From Longimicrobiales bacterium (lineage in GTDB: Bacteria; Gemmatimonadota; Gemmatimonadetes; Longimicrobiales; Gaopeijiaceae), in contig OZ250165.1 in the NCBI GenBank assembly GCA_965238005.1, positions 4,288,001 to 4,352,000 on the forward strand: 64,000 nt of DNA, in the 5' to 3' direction. A program made the position numbers and the translations under genes. This document shows, piece after piece, positions 20,126-29,755 of this stretch. Each line of letters starts with the position of its first letter. Position 1 is the first letter of the stretch. A model generated the notes under the pieces. That model was not told the origin of the DNA and ran no database searches. It worked only from the letters and a program-made list of their open reading frames with translations.

Positions 20126-21288
20126 GCCAGCACCTCCTCGAATACCTCAACCGCACCCTGCATCTCTGCCAACGTGCCAATGCTGATGCGGGCGTGCGAC
20201 TTCTCCATCGGTGGGAAGTCACGCCCGACGGACACTCCGTGCTGGCGACAGGCAGAGCGGAAGTCCGCCGCCGGGCTGCCCAGCTCGACGAAGATGAAGT
20301 TCGTCTGCGAGTCGTAGAGGTCATAGCCCTTACGGGTGAAGAAATCGACCGTAAGCTTCTTCGCCTCGCTGTTCCGGGCCTGCTCGCTCTGCGCGAAGCC
20401 CTGCTCCTGCAGTGCGGCATACGCCCCACCGACGCCCGGCGTGTTCGTGTTGAAGGTCAGAGAGTAGCGTCGCAGCGTCGCGATGACATCGCTGTGTCCA
20501 ACGCCGTAGCCGATGCGCATGCCTGCCATCCCAAAGCACTTCGAGAACGTGCGGCTGACGAACACGTTCGGCGTCTCAAGGGCCATCTCGATCGCCGACT
20601 CGTAGTCGGGGTGGGTCACATACTCGTGGTACGCCTCGTCGAAGTGGATCACGGTGTTCGGCGAGGCCCGCCGGACCGTGTTCACGAAGGAGCGCACGTC
20701 CGAGGCCGTGTGCACCGTGCTCGTAGGGTTGTTCGGGTTGCAGACGAAGATCAACGAGGGGCCCCGCGCTGCGGATGCCATCGCTTCGAGGTCGAGCTTT
20801 CCGCTGACCCGGAAGATCGGAATCGCCCTCACGTCGGCACCCAGGAAGCGGGCCACCCGTGAAGGCTGAAGGTACGAAGGAGTCCCGGTTACCAGAGGAC
20901 GGTATTTTTTGGTGAACGCGTGCGCGGCGTTCTTCAGAATCTCACCCGAGCCCGCCCCCAGCACGATGTTGTTCGGTTCGCAGCCGTGCTTCTCGGCGAG
21001 CGCGTTGGTCAGGTCACGCATGCTGGGCTGGGCATTCGTAGGATAGCGACCAGCCTCTTCGAAGGACTCGCGAACCGCCGCTACGGCCCCATCTGGAGGC
21101 CCCAGAGGGTTCTCATTGCTAGAGATACGGATCTCGCCCTCTTGTGGCGACGGAATCGGTCCGAACTCACCGGCCAATGGCCCGAGTTCCTCGACGAGCG
21201 CCTCGCGCCCTCGGGCGGTAATGAGCGGCACGCTCGGTGCGCCCGGCCAAGCTTCGAGCCCGAACAGGGCTCTACGGGAGAGCGACAT
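20122..21288 (-). CDS. HisC-like class I/II PLP aminotransferase with twin-arginine leader
   Basis: MSLSRRALF, NENPLG, NPNNPT, DEAY and RTFSKCFGMAGMRIG. ATGA overlap with the next gene. Confidence 0.92.
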   Translation of the reverse strand: MSLSRRALFGLEAWPGAPSVPLITARGREALVEELGPLAGEFGPIPSPQEGEIRISSNENPLGPPDGAVAAVRESFEEAGRYPTNAQPSMRDLTNALAEKHGCEPNNIVLGAGSGEILKNAAHAFTKKYRPLVTGTPSYLQPSRVARFLGADVRAIPIFRVSGKLDLEAMASAARGPSLIFVCNPNNPTSTVHTASDVRSFVNTVRRASPNTVIHFDEAYHEYVTHPDYESAIEMALETPNVFVSRTFSKCFGMAGMRIGYGVGHSDVIATLRRYSLTFNTNTPGVGGAYAALQEQGFAQSEQARNSEAKKLTVDFFTRKGYDLYDSQTNFIFVELGSPAADFRSACRQHGVSVGRDFPPMEKSHARISIGTLAEMQGAVEVFEEVLA

Positions 21289-21453
21289 GGGCCCCTCCTC
21301 GCTAGGGATGCTACATGTGCCGACGGCCTTCGCTCACCCATTGTATGCGCTCGACTTCCCTCAGTCTAGACTCGTGCTTCCGTCGTCTACTTCTGCCGGT
21401 TTCGGCCGTGGTCCTCCGATCTGACGAGAGGTCGCGTCGGGACTCGGTGAGGC

Positions 21454-22923
21454 TCAGCGGCCGGCCGCCACATGTACCCGAATCACACCGACACCGTTCT
21501 CGATACTGATCTCCGTCCCGTACGGCTCGGAGAGCCGCTGGAGTGTCTCCAAAATCTGCTGTGCCCTCTCCGGATGGGCCATGCGCGGTACGCCGCGGTG
21601 CGCCCCCCGCATCTCGTAGCCGAGCTCCACCGGGTACAGCCGGATCTCGGCCACTCCGTTCCCCTCGTAAAGGCTGTGAGCGACCACGCTCTCGTACCAG
21701 ATCGGGTCGTCGAACCGCCTATCGAGCCAGCGCCGCAGGAACTCGCCGTCGGTCATCTCGTTGAAGTCCACGTTGAAGTTTTGGTAGAGGTCCCGGCTCA
21801 ACGGCGATTGGAGCTCGATCTGGAAGAAGAAGTTGCCGAGGCTGTAAAAGATTGGCCTTCCCTCGTAGATCTCGATTCCTCGCAGCTGGTGCGGCCCGGT
21901 CCCGACGAACTGGTCCGCTCCGGCGTCGATCGTCTTGCGAGCCAACTCCTCGAGAAACTCCGGAGGCCTGTCGCTCCAGTTACCGGGGTCGTGCGCGTGG
22001 ATCGTTGCGATGACGAAGTCGGAGTCCCGCTTCGCGCCGCGGATCCCGTGCAGGATCTCCCGGAGGTCGACTTCGTTCATCTCGTATTCCCAACCGCGAC
22101 GGTCCCCGACCTTGTACCTCACCCCGAAAAGGGAGAGCTCGTCATCCTGCTCGGCCTCCGGCACCCGGACCGCGGGTCCGGCGGGCCCCTCGGGCTGCTC
22201 ATCCCGGATCCTGCGAAGCTGTCCGAGCTCCTCCAGTGTTACGAAATAGTAGGGGGTGGTCCTGAGAGCGCTGAGCCCCGGCCGGCCACGCATTTGCCCG
22301 AGCGGATCCAGCGCTGGGGCCATGGCCGTGAAGCTCGAGGCCATGGAGACCAAGGCGACTCGACCCTTGGGAGTCTCCAGGTAACGTCCCGCCCGGGCCG
22401 CAGCCAGGGTCTCACCCGCCCCGGCGTGGACGATGCCGGCTTCTTACAGGATCCTGCTTGTCTCGCGCAGGCCTTCGATCCCCCAGTCGGTCGTGTGGTT
22501 GTTGGCCCGGGCCATGATGTCGAACCCGACGGATTTCAGGTCGTGCACGGCTTGGGGAACGACTCTGAGCCTCAGGCCACCGTACAGAGGCGCCGGGTAG
22601 CCGTGGAAGACGTCCAAGTCGATCGCGGAGTTCTCGAAATTACCGAAGGCGAGGTCGGACTCATGCAGCAGGCGGGCCACGCGCAGGAACCGGGAATCAC
22701 CGATGTCGGAGATGGGTGCGGAGATGATGACATCCCCTACGGACGCCACGGTGAAACCGTCCTCGACGCCCATCTCGAGCGCCCTGGCCGAATCCGGGTC
22801 GGGGGGAAGCTGAGCAGCCGACGGTGCAGACGCGACGACGGCAATGGCGAGAGCGCATGCCGCTGCGAGTAAGGTCTCGTAGGGCTGCCGGCCAAGCGCG
22901 GGGAAGAAAGAGGGAACCATCAT
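21454..22923 (-). pseudogene. CapA-family metallophosphoesterase interrupted by one in-frame TAA at 22446-22444
   Basis: VGD, GNFE, ANNHTTDWG / ..IL*EAGIVHAGAG..ETPKGRVALVSM / HAHD, GPHQLRGIEIY, YSLGNF. Both ORFs share one frame. Confidence 0.88.
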
Positions 22924-23189
22924 CGCCGAATCTCCATGGTTGACAGCATCGCTACGGCTCACCGGCTGGGCCACCGGAATCCGTCGAGCCGGCCCGGTCG
23001 GCGGGGCCGACGCCGCAGCTGAGACCACTAATCCATTGACATTCTACAATTCCGCTGTCCTACACGCATCGCTCCGCTACTGACGAAACGACGCCCCCTG
23101 TCGGGCAACGCAACTGGACCCATTTGGAGCAACTGCCTTCGGTGACGACTCCCGGAGCGGGAGTTCACGCGGGAGGCCGCGACGTTCGC

Positions 23190-23300
23190 TTTCCGGAGGC
23201 GCGCCCGTGCCGTCCAGGATGTAGACGTTGGTGATGAGGACGGAGTCGGTGGACTGCGTGCACGTCGTGAGCGCGAGCAGCGCGACGGCCGCCAGGAACT
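23190..23300 (-). pseudogene. N-terminal remnant of a secreted amidohydrolase
   Basis: FLAAVALLALTTCTQSTDSVLITNVYILDGTGAP, with no continuation. Confidence 0.55.
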
Positions 23301-23379
23301 ATCGCGGCTCATCCCGCCTCAGGGGCAGACCGGGAGCGATCAGCTCACCAATGCGGCAATCGCGAATGCTCAGTCCGCT

Positions 23380-24255
23380 TCACGAACACGACGGCACGTG
23401 CGGCTCGCGGTCGTGCCCTTCGTATCCCGGGTGACCGTAGCCCAGGTAGACCGTGTTGATGGCAGTGTCCTCCCCGGCAGGGAACCCGAACCACCTCTCG
23501 TGGAGGCCCGCCAGCGTGCCGTCCAGCTTCATGCACTCGAGTGCATTCTCGACTTCTTTCCGGAGCTCGACGTCGTCCGGATGGAAGACGAGTCCGAACT
23601 TGCCGGCGATCGGGAGGTTGTAGGCGACGGTAACGATCCCCAACTGGCCGGCCGTGTGGGCAGCCGCGGGTAGATCGGACAGGTTCGCGAACGCGCGCCG
23701 GTTGATCACGGCACTCACCCCGTCGCCACTCCCCTGGTACCGCTGAACGGAGAAGCCAAGCCAGGCCTCGTTGATGCTCGCCCACGTGTCGGACACGGTT
23801 CCGAGCCCCACCGTCAGGATCTTGCCACGCAGGTCCGTGACGTCCCGTAGCTCCGCACCCTGGAACACGAGGAAGCCCAATCCGGTGTCCATGTAGCCTT
23901 CGGAAAAGAGCACGCGGCGTGCTCGATCGGGCGTGATGTTGGTGGGCGCCACGATCATCTCGAAGGCTCTGGCGAGCAGCGCGTCGAAGATGACGGAGAA
24001 GTCCCTGATGACCAGCTTCGTGCCGGACCGTCCGATTCGCTTGGCGATCTCCGATGCCAGATCAAGGGAGAAGCCCTCGTATCCGCCGATCGGGTTCTCC
24101 GTCGTGAACGGTGGATTCCCGACGCCGGACCCGATGAGCAGGGGCCCCGAGCGGTCTTGCCCGCCGAGGGGCGCTCCTACCAAAAGGATCCCGAGGAGCA
24201 GACAAGCCGTCCCCGCGCCATACCAAGGCGGAGTTGCACGATTGTTCCGACTCAT
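23380..24255 (-). CDS. Polar amino acid ABC transporter substrate-binding protein (SBP_bac_3), orphan
   Basis: Signal peptide, NPPF, GFSLDLA, ITPDRA..FSEGY and LDGTLAGLHERWFG. Confidence 0.88.
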   Translation of the reverse strand: MSRNNRATPPWYGAGTACLLLGILLVGAPLGGQDRSGPLLIGSGVGNPPFTTENPIGGYEGFSLDLASEIAKRIGRSGTKLVIRDFSVIFDALLARAFEMIVAPTNITPDRARRVLFSEGYMDTGLGFLVFQGAELRDVTDLRGKILTVGLGTVSDTWASINEAWLGFSVQRYQGSGDGVSAVINRRAFANLSDLPAAAHTAGQLGIVTVAYNLPIAGKFGLVFHPDDVELRKEVENALECMKLDGTLAGLHERWFGFPAGEDTAINTVYLGYGHPGYEGHDREPHVPSCS

Positions 24256-24976
24256 GGGAGGAGCCTCCATCCGAGGTCAGTTGGTCGAACTCTGTAACTT
24301 TCTCCCCTCGGTCCGCCGCCGTCAAGCGAGGGTCGAGCCCCGCGCAACGGCTAGCGGCGACCAGCAGGACGGGGGGGCCGAACGCACGTAGGTGTCAGGA
24401 AACACCCTCCCATCCCTATAATGACAAATTGAGCTCTTAATCACTTGGTACATCTACCCGTGGGAGCGGACTCGGGCTGGCCACCGTGGGGCGAATCGTG
24501 CGTCGCCACGGCGGACGAGCGTGGGCCGAGGGTACCCCAGGTCAGGGGGCGATATTCCGTTTCACCCTTGAACCTAATCGATAGACGCGCGCCGGGGATC
24601 ATCCGGGATGTGACACCGAAGAGAATCGCCCCCGCAATAAAGCCTGGCGTTTCGCCTTGAAGAAGGGCTTCTTCGGGGGATGAATCCACCAGCTAATCCA
24701 GGGCGTCGGAAACAGACATCGAAGCTGACCGTCGTGGAGTTGCCGACGGCGGGAGAAGTTTTCGACACTTGGACCGCCCATCCGGAGGTTTCGCCCTGTA
24801 CCGGCGTGTAAGACGGGACTGTCTATTGATCCGGCCGGCCCGACTAGCGGAAGTTGGTGCTCCGCAACAAGATAGAGGGCGAGTGCGCCGCTACCGGTGC
24901 TAAGAGGCGCTTCCCCAAGAGCTGACTGGCCCAGGGGTCACCACCGCACGCTTCCCGCACGCATTAACATATCTGC

Positions 24977-26683
24977 ATGAAGACCATCGCCTCCCATCTG
25001 GCCACGCTGGTCACGGGGGAAACCAAACTACGCTGGCAGCTTGCGCCGTTCGTAAAATACATGGTCCTCCTGGTCGCGGTCGTTTTGCTCTACGGCTGGC
25101 TGTTCCAAGCGATCATGGCGGGGGAGGGTCAGGACCACTCGTGGTTCACGGGAGTCTATTGGGCGCTCACCGTGATGAGCACGCTCGGCTTCGGTGATAT
25201 CACGTTCGAAAGCGACCTGGGCCGCGCGTTCAGCACCCTCGTGCTGCTGACCGGCATGCTGCTGCTCCTCATCATCCTCCCGTTTCTCTTCATCCGAGTT
25301 GTGTACGCCCCGTGGCTCGAGCAGCGGAGCCGCGGCCGCATCCGCTCGCTGCAGTTGGTGCCGGAAGGTCTCGCGGGTCACGTGCTGATTTGCGCCAACG
25401 ATCCAATTGCGCCCGGGCTCATCCGCCGCCTTCAACTGGCGGACGTGCCGGTTTATGTGATCGAGCCCGACGCCGACCTTGCGATGCACATGCAGGATGT
25501 CGGCACGCCGGTCTTCATGGGCGAAATCGACTCCGTCGAGACCTACCGAGCCGCCCGCGCGGCGCAGGCTCGCCTCGTCCTGGCCAACGCGTCGGACACG
25601 GTCAACTCCAACATTGTCCTCACCGTACGCGAGCTGTCCGAATCGGTGCCGGTCGTTGCGCTGGCCGAAGTGGAAGACTCGATCGATGTGCTGGAGCTCA
25701 GCGGCGCCACACACGTGCTGCCCCTCACGCACCAACTCGGCGAGCACCTCGCCAATCGGGTGAGCTCGGGGACGACGCATGCCAACCTGATCGGCAAGTT
25801 CCATGACCTGCTGCTCGCCGAGTTCCCAGTGCACAACACGCCGTTCCAGGGCCGGACCATCCGGGACACACGGTTGCGCGAGTTTACCGGGGTCACAATC
25901 GTCGGGGTGTGGGAGCGTGGGCGGTTCCTGCCCGCGAGGCCGGATCTCGAGCTGTCGTCGCTCACCGTGCCGGTCGCCATCGGCACGTCCGAGCAGATCG
26001 CGGCGCTGGACGAAGTGCTCGCGATATACGACGCCAATCCGAATCCGGTGCTCATCCTCGGCGGTGGCAAGGTGGGGCGGGCCGCCGCTGCGGCCCTCAA
26101 GCGGCGGAAGATCCCCGTGCATATGGTGGAACGGAACCCGGAACTGGAGCCGCAAATCGCGAGCATTCCCGACCGGTTGTTTCTAGGCGACGCCGCCGAC
26201 CGGCGCATACTTGACGCGGCGGGGATTGCCGAGACACCGTGCGTCCTGCTCACGACGCACGACGATGCGATGAACGTCTACCTGACGGTGTACTGCCGGC
26301 GGCTCAATCCCGACGCGCGTATCCTCACCCGGGTCACGCACGAGCGGAACGTCGAGGCCATCCAGCGCGCCGGCGCCGACTTCGTCTTGAGCTACGCGTC
26401 ATTAGGGGTGCAGACGGTATACTCGATCGTGCAGGGACGGGAGCTCATCGTGCTGGGCGAGGGCGTTGATCTCTTCTACGTGCCGCTCCCGCCGTCGCTC
26501 GCCGACAAGACGCTCGCCGACGCGGGGATCGGCGCGCGCACCGGCCTGAACGTGATCGGCGTCCAGAAGGACGGGCAGATCGTCACGAATCTGCCGCCCG
26601 ACCAGCGGCTAGTTAAGGGCTCGACGCTCGTCGCCCTGGGCAGCGCGGAGCAGTGGGAGCGCTTCAGCGCCGTCTACCACTAG
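24977..26683 (+). CDS. 2-TM potassium channel with tandem RCK (TrkA_N/TrkA_C) domains
   Basis: Pore TVMSTLGFGD, GGGKVG Rossmann motif and two TrkA_C repeats. Confidence 0.92.
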   Translation: MKTIASHLATLVTGETKLRWQLAPFVKYMVLLVAVVLLYGWLFQAIMAGEGQDHSWFTGVYWALTVMSTLGFGDITFESDLGRAFSTLVLLTGMLLLLIILPFLFIRVVYAPWLEQRSRGRIRSLQLVPEGLAGHVLICANDPIAPGLIRRLQLADVPVYVIEPDADLAMHMQDVGTPVFMGEIDSVETYRAARAAQARLVLANASDTVNSNIVLTVRELSESVPVVALAEVEDSIDVLELSGATHVLPLTHQLGEHLANRVSSGTTHANLIGKFHDLLLAEFPVHNTPFQGRTIRDTRLREFTGVTIVGVWERGRFLPARPDLELSSLTVPVAIGTSEQIAALDEVLAIYDANPNPVLILGGGKVGRAAAAALKRRKIPVHMVERNPELEPQIASIPDRLFLGDAADRRILDAAGIAETPCVLLTTHDDAMNVYLTVYCRRLNPDARILTRVTHERNVEAIQRAGADFVLSYASLGVQTVYSIVQGRELIVLGEGVDLFYVPLPPSLADKTLADAGIGARTGLNVIGVQKDGQIVTNLPPDQRLVKGSTLVALGSAEQWERFSAVYH

Positions 26684-26838
26684 TCGCAGGGCGAGGGCGG
26701 CAGTCAGGGGGAAGAGGCCGGTTGGGAAGATCGAGGTAGGTGGGATGGAGCGGAGAAGCGTGGAGGCAAGGGCCTGGAGAAAGATGCGCAGGACGACGAT
26801 GGTGATGGTTGGATTAGCCGGTGCTTGGCATCTCGCCG

Positions 26839-29406
26839 TCACAGTCGCGATGTCGGGAACTCCTCATTGTAGCGCGCGACCGCGTCCGTGGTCCCACAAA
26901 TGTAGAGCGCGTCGTCGGATGAGAGCCGGAATGAAGCCGGGAAGTCCATAGCGACCTGGCCGCCTCGCTCCACCGCCACGATCGTGCAGCCTGTGCGCTC
27001 GCGAATTCGCTCCGCCACCGGGTTCTTCCCGGCGAGCCACCCTGCGCCTACCCGTACGAGCTTAATGCGGGGCTGCAGGGACACCATCTCTCCCAGGACG
27101 TGGTATGCGAGGAGTTGTCCAGCGACCTGACCCACCGAGAGAGCGTAGTCCACGCCGGCACGCTGGACACGCGCCACGTTCTCGGCCAGGGAGACGCCGG
27201 CGATGATCGGGAGGTCCGGAGCGTAGTCGCGGAGGACGGCACCCGCGAGGACCGTGGCGCTGTCCGTGTCGAGGGCGAGTACGGCGACCCGGGCCCCGGC
27301 CAGGGGCACACGCTCGAGCACGTCGCGGTCGATGATGTCACCCACGACGTGGACACCCGGACGCTCCACCGGATCGACGACGCACACTTCCTCGTCCACG
27401 GCGGTGAGAATCTCCGCGAGCTTCCGCCCGATGTCCCCGAAACCGATCACCACGATCGTCCCCTCCTGAGTGATGGGCCGGGCCAACTCGCTGAGCTTCT
27501 CGATGCTCTCCGGAGTTCCCGCGATGACGAGGATCGTGCCGGGGCGGATGGTCTCGTCCGCGGCCGGCGGCGGTTGCAGTGCGGCGTCCCGCCACTGGCC
27601 GACGACGTTGGCCCCAGTGCGGGTGCGAAGCCCGACTTTGGCGAGCGTGGTATCGGCCAGTGGGCTGGCATCGTGGACCCGTAGCTCCGCCACCTCGAGG
27701 AGCCTGCTCAGTGGCCGGACTCCCGTGACCCGAGGGGTGATCCTGGCGCTGGCTCGGGAGCTCAGGACGGCGGCGAGCACGTGGGTAGGGGCGAACGTGA
27801 CGTTGACCCCAGCCAGCAGCATCGGGGCGCGTCGGCGAGGGTCCTCGATCATCGCGACGATCGGGCCTTCGTACCCCACCTCGCGGGCGCTGAGCGCGAG
27901 CAGCGCGTTGGCATCGTCCTCACCATTCAGGACCAGGGCACGGGCGCGGGCCAGTGGTCGGAGGTCCAACTCCTGTTCCGCCAGTCTGGCATGCACCACC
28001 TGTTGCCCGAGTCCGTAGAGGCGGCGCGCCGCCGCTTCGTCCTCCTCGATCACCAGGCAAGGCATGCCTCGTCGCTCGAGCTCGCCCAGCAGGGAGTCCA
28101 CCTCCGGGCCGTATCCGTAGACCACCACACCGCCGTCGACGTTCGGTAGCGCGAAGGGCAGCCGTCCCTCGAAGGGCTCCACTAGCGGAGGAGCGCTGAA
28201 CTTATCCGGAAGCAGTACGCCGAGGGCGCCCCCCTCGAGGCGCGCCGTCCTGCCCTCGAGCAGCACCGAGCAGCCCTTCAGCGCGAGCGGCGTGAACAGG
28301 TTCAGAACGAACATGGTGAAGATCAGCACCGAGAAGATGGACGGGTCGATGGCGCCCTGGGCCAGAGCCAGCGCGGCGAGGATCATCGCCAACTCGGCAC
28401 GCCCGCACATGCCCACGCCCACGGTAAGGGCTTCCCGCGCCGGCAACCCCATGCGCAGCGCCATGCTCCCCGCACTCGCGATCTGACCGACGATCACCGC
28501 CGCGGTGAGCAGCATCAGGAACGCCACGCCCGAAGGGCTGATGTCGAACGTGATGGAGAAGCCCAACGACATGAAGAAGATCGGTCCGAGGAACGAGTAG
28601 GCGATCCCGTAGGAGCGATCCGCCACGACGCGGACCAGGTTCGGGTGCGCCACCTTCTCCTCGAAGAACAAGCCGGCCAGATAGGCCCCCAGGATCATGT
28701 GGAGCCCAATGGCCTCGGCGAAGAGGCCCGCGGCGATGGCCACGAGCAGCACGAAGGTGAAGCCTTTGCCTCCCTCGCTTCGGAAAGGCAGTGTGAAGCG
28801 CGGGTACGCGAACCGACCGAGTAGCACGGCCAGGCCGAAGAAGGCCACTACCTTCGCCAGCGTGACGGCGATGTCCAGGGGCCCGAACGACCCGCCCGAC
28901 AGCACTCCGACTACGAGGCCGAAGAACACGAGGGTCAGCAGGTCGTCGATCACGCAGCTAGCGACGATGACCCGGGCCACGCGCGTATCTGCGAGCCCCA
29001 CGTCCTTGAGGGTCTTCAACGTGATCACCACCGCGGTGGCGGTCATGGTGAGACCGACGAACGTGGCACCTACCGGATCTAGTCCGAACGCCGTCGCCAC
29101 GCCGAAGCTGACGACGAACGGAACGATCGCACCCACCAGGGCAACCCCGAGAGAGCGCTTCAGCGCATCGAAGAATTCGGTGGGCTGGGTCTCCACCCCG
29201 GCGTGGAACATGAGGAAGAAGATCCCGATATCGGCCAGGAGCGTGATCGCCTCACTGGGCTCGATGAGGCCGAAGACAGCCGGTCCCACCAGCACCCCGA
29301 CGATGAGCTCGCCCATGATCGTGGGCAGCCCTAGCGGGCGCAGGGTGACCGCGACCAGCCAGATGCCGGCCAGGAGGATCAGCAGATCGAGGGCGACGTC
29401 ATGCAT
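26839..29406 (-). CDS. CPA2 cation:proton antiporter fused to tandem RCK domains
   Basis: GELIVGVLVGP, VIDD, ILGAYLAGL and GRAE TM domain, then YGYGP and IGFGDIG RCK-N domains plus two RCK-C domains. Confidence 0.92.
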   Translation of the reverse strand: MHDVALDLLILLAGIWLVAVTLRPLGLPTIMGELIVGVLVGPAVFGLIEPSEAITLLADIGIFFLMFHAGVETQPTEFFDALKRSLGVALVGAIVPFVVSFGVATAFGLDPVGATFVGLTMTATAVVITLKTLKDVGLADTRVARVIVASCVIDDLLTLVFFGLVVGVLSGGSFGPLDIAVTLAKVVAFFGLAVLLGRFAYPRFTLPFRSEGGKGFTFVLLVAIAAGLFAEAIGLHMILGAYLAGLFFEEKVAHPNLVRVVADRSYGIAYSFLGPIFFMSLGFSITFDISPSGVAFLMLLTAAVIVGQIASAGSMALRMGLPAREALTVGVGMCGRAELAMILAALALAQGAIDPSIFSVLIFTMFVLNLFTPLALKGCSVLLEGRTARLEGGALGVLLPDKFSAPPLVEPFEGRLPFALPNVDGGVVVYGYGPEVDSLLGELERRGMPCLVIEEDEAAARRLYGLGQQVVHARLAEQELDLRPLARARALVLNGEDDANALLALSAREVGYEGPIVAMIEDPRRRAPMLLAGVNVTFAPTHVLAAVLSSRASARITPRVTGVRPLSRLLEVAELRVHDASPLADTTLAKVGLRTRTGANVVGQWRDAALQPPPAADETIRPGTILVIAGTPESIEKLSELARPITQEGTIVVIGFGDIGRKLAEILTAVDEEVCVVDPVERPGVHVVGDIIDRDVLERVPLAGARVAVLALDTDSATVLAGAVLRDYAPDLPIIAGVSLAENVARVQRAGVDYALSVGQVAGQLLAYHVLGEMVSLQPRIKLVRVGAGWLAGKNPVAERIRERTGCTIVAVERGGQVAMDFPASFRLSSDDALYICGTTDAVARYNEEFPTSRL

Positions 29407-29526
29407 GCGGCGAATCTAGCACAGGGGTGCTCGCCGGCTACGGCGACATCCGCCAAGTCGAGGCGAGCCACGGTCTAGTGGGTGCTCATGGCGACCAGCG
29501 GCCCTGCGGGGATTACACTTGGCACA

Positions 29527-29615
29527 GTGAGCCTGGGTAGACTCGAACTACCGACCTACGGATCAAGAGTCCGACCGCAGTACATACGCGTGGTACCCCG
29601 AGGTATCCTGAGCTA
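29527..29615 (-). other. att-like site: chimeric tRNA 3' half (Lys-like anticodon arm, Ile-like T/acceptor) plus diverged flank
   Basis: Minus strand reads CGGACTCTTGATCCGTAGGTCGGTAGTTCGAGTCTACCCAGGCTCAC. 29527..29557 is 30/31 identical to 37971..38001, and the flank aligns with 31401.. and 44396.. Confidence 0.8.
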
Positions 29616-29755
29616 CGGGAGAGACACCGGACCCCGAAGGTTTCCGGCCCTACTTCTAGTCCGCAGCCCGTGACGGGAAGTACGCACCCACACCGTGCGA
29701 GGGCATCCGCTATCGTTGCGGGCATAAAGGCCAAAGATCTGGCGAGGACGCCCAC

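Noticed and set aside
15919..22446. Programmed stop-codon recoding (Sec/Pyl) in the TIR and CapA genes
   Set aside because: The stops are TAG and TAA, not TGA. TAG ends many normal genes here and no pyl genes are present, so nonsense mutation or sequencing error is simpler.
24441..24781. Short ORFs between the substrate-binding protein and the K+ channel
   Set aside because: No recognisable family or consistent frame.
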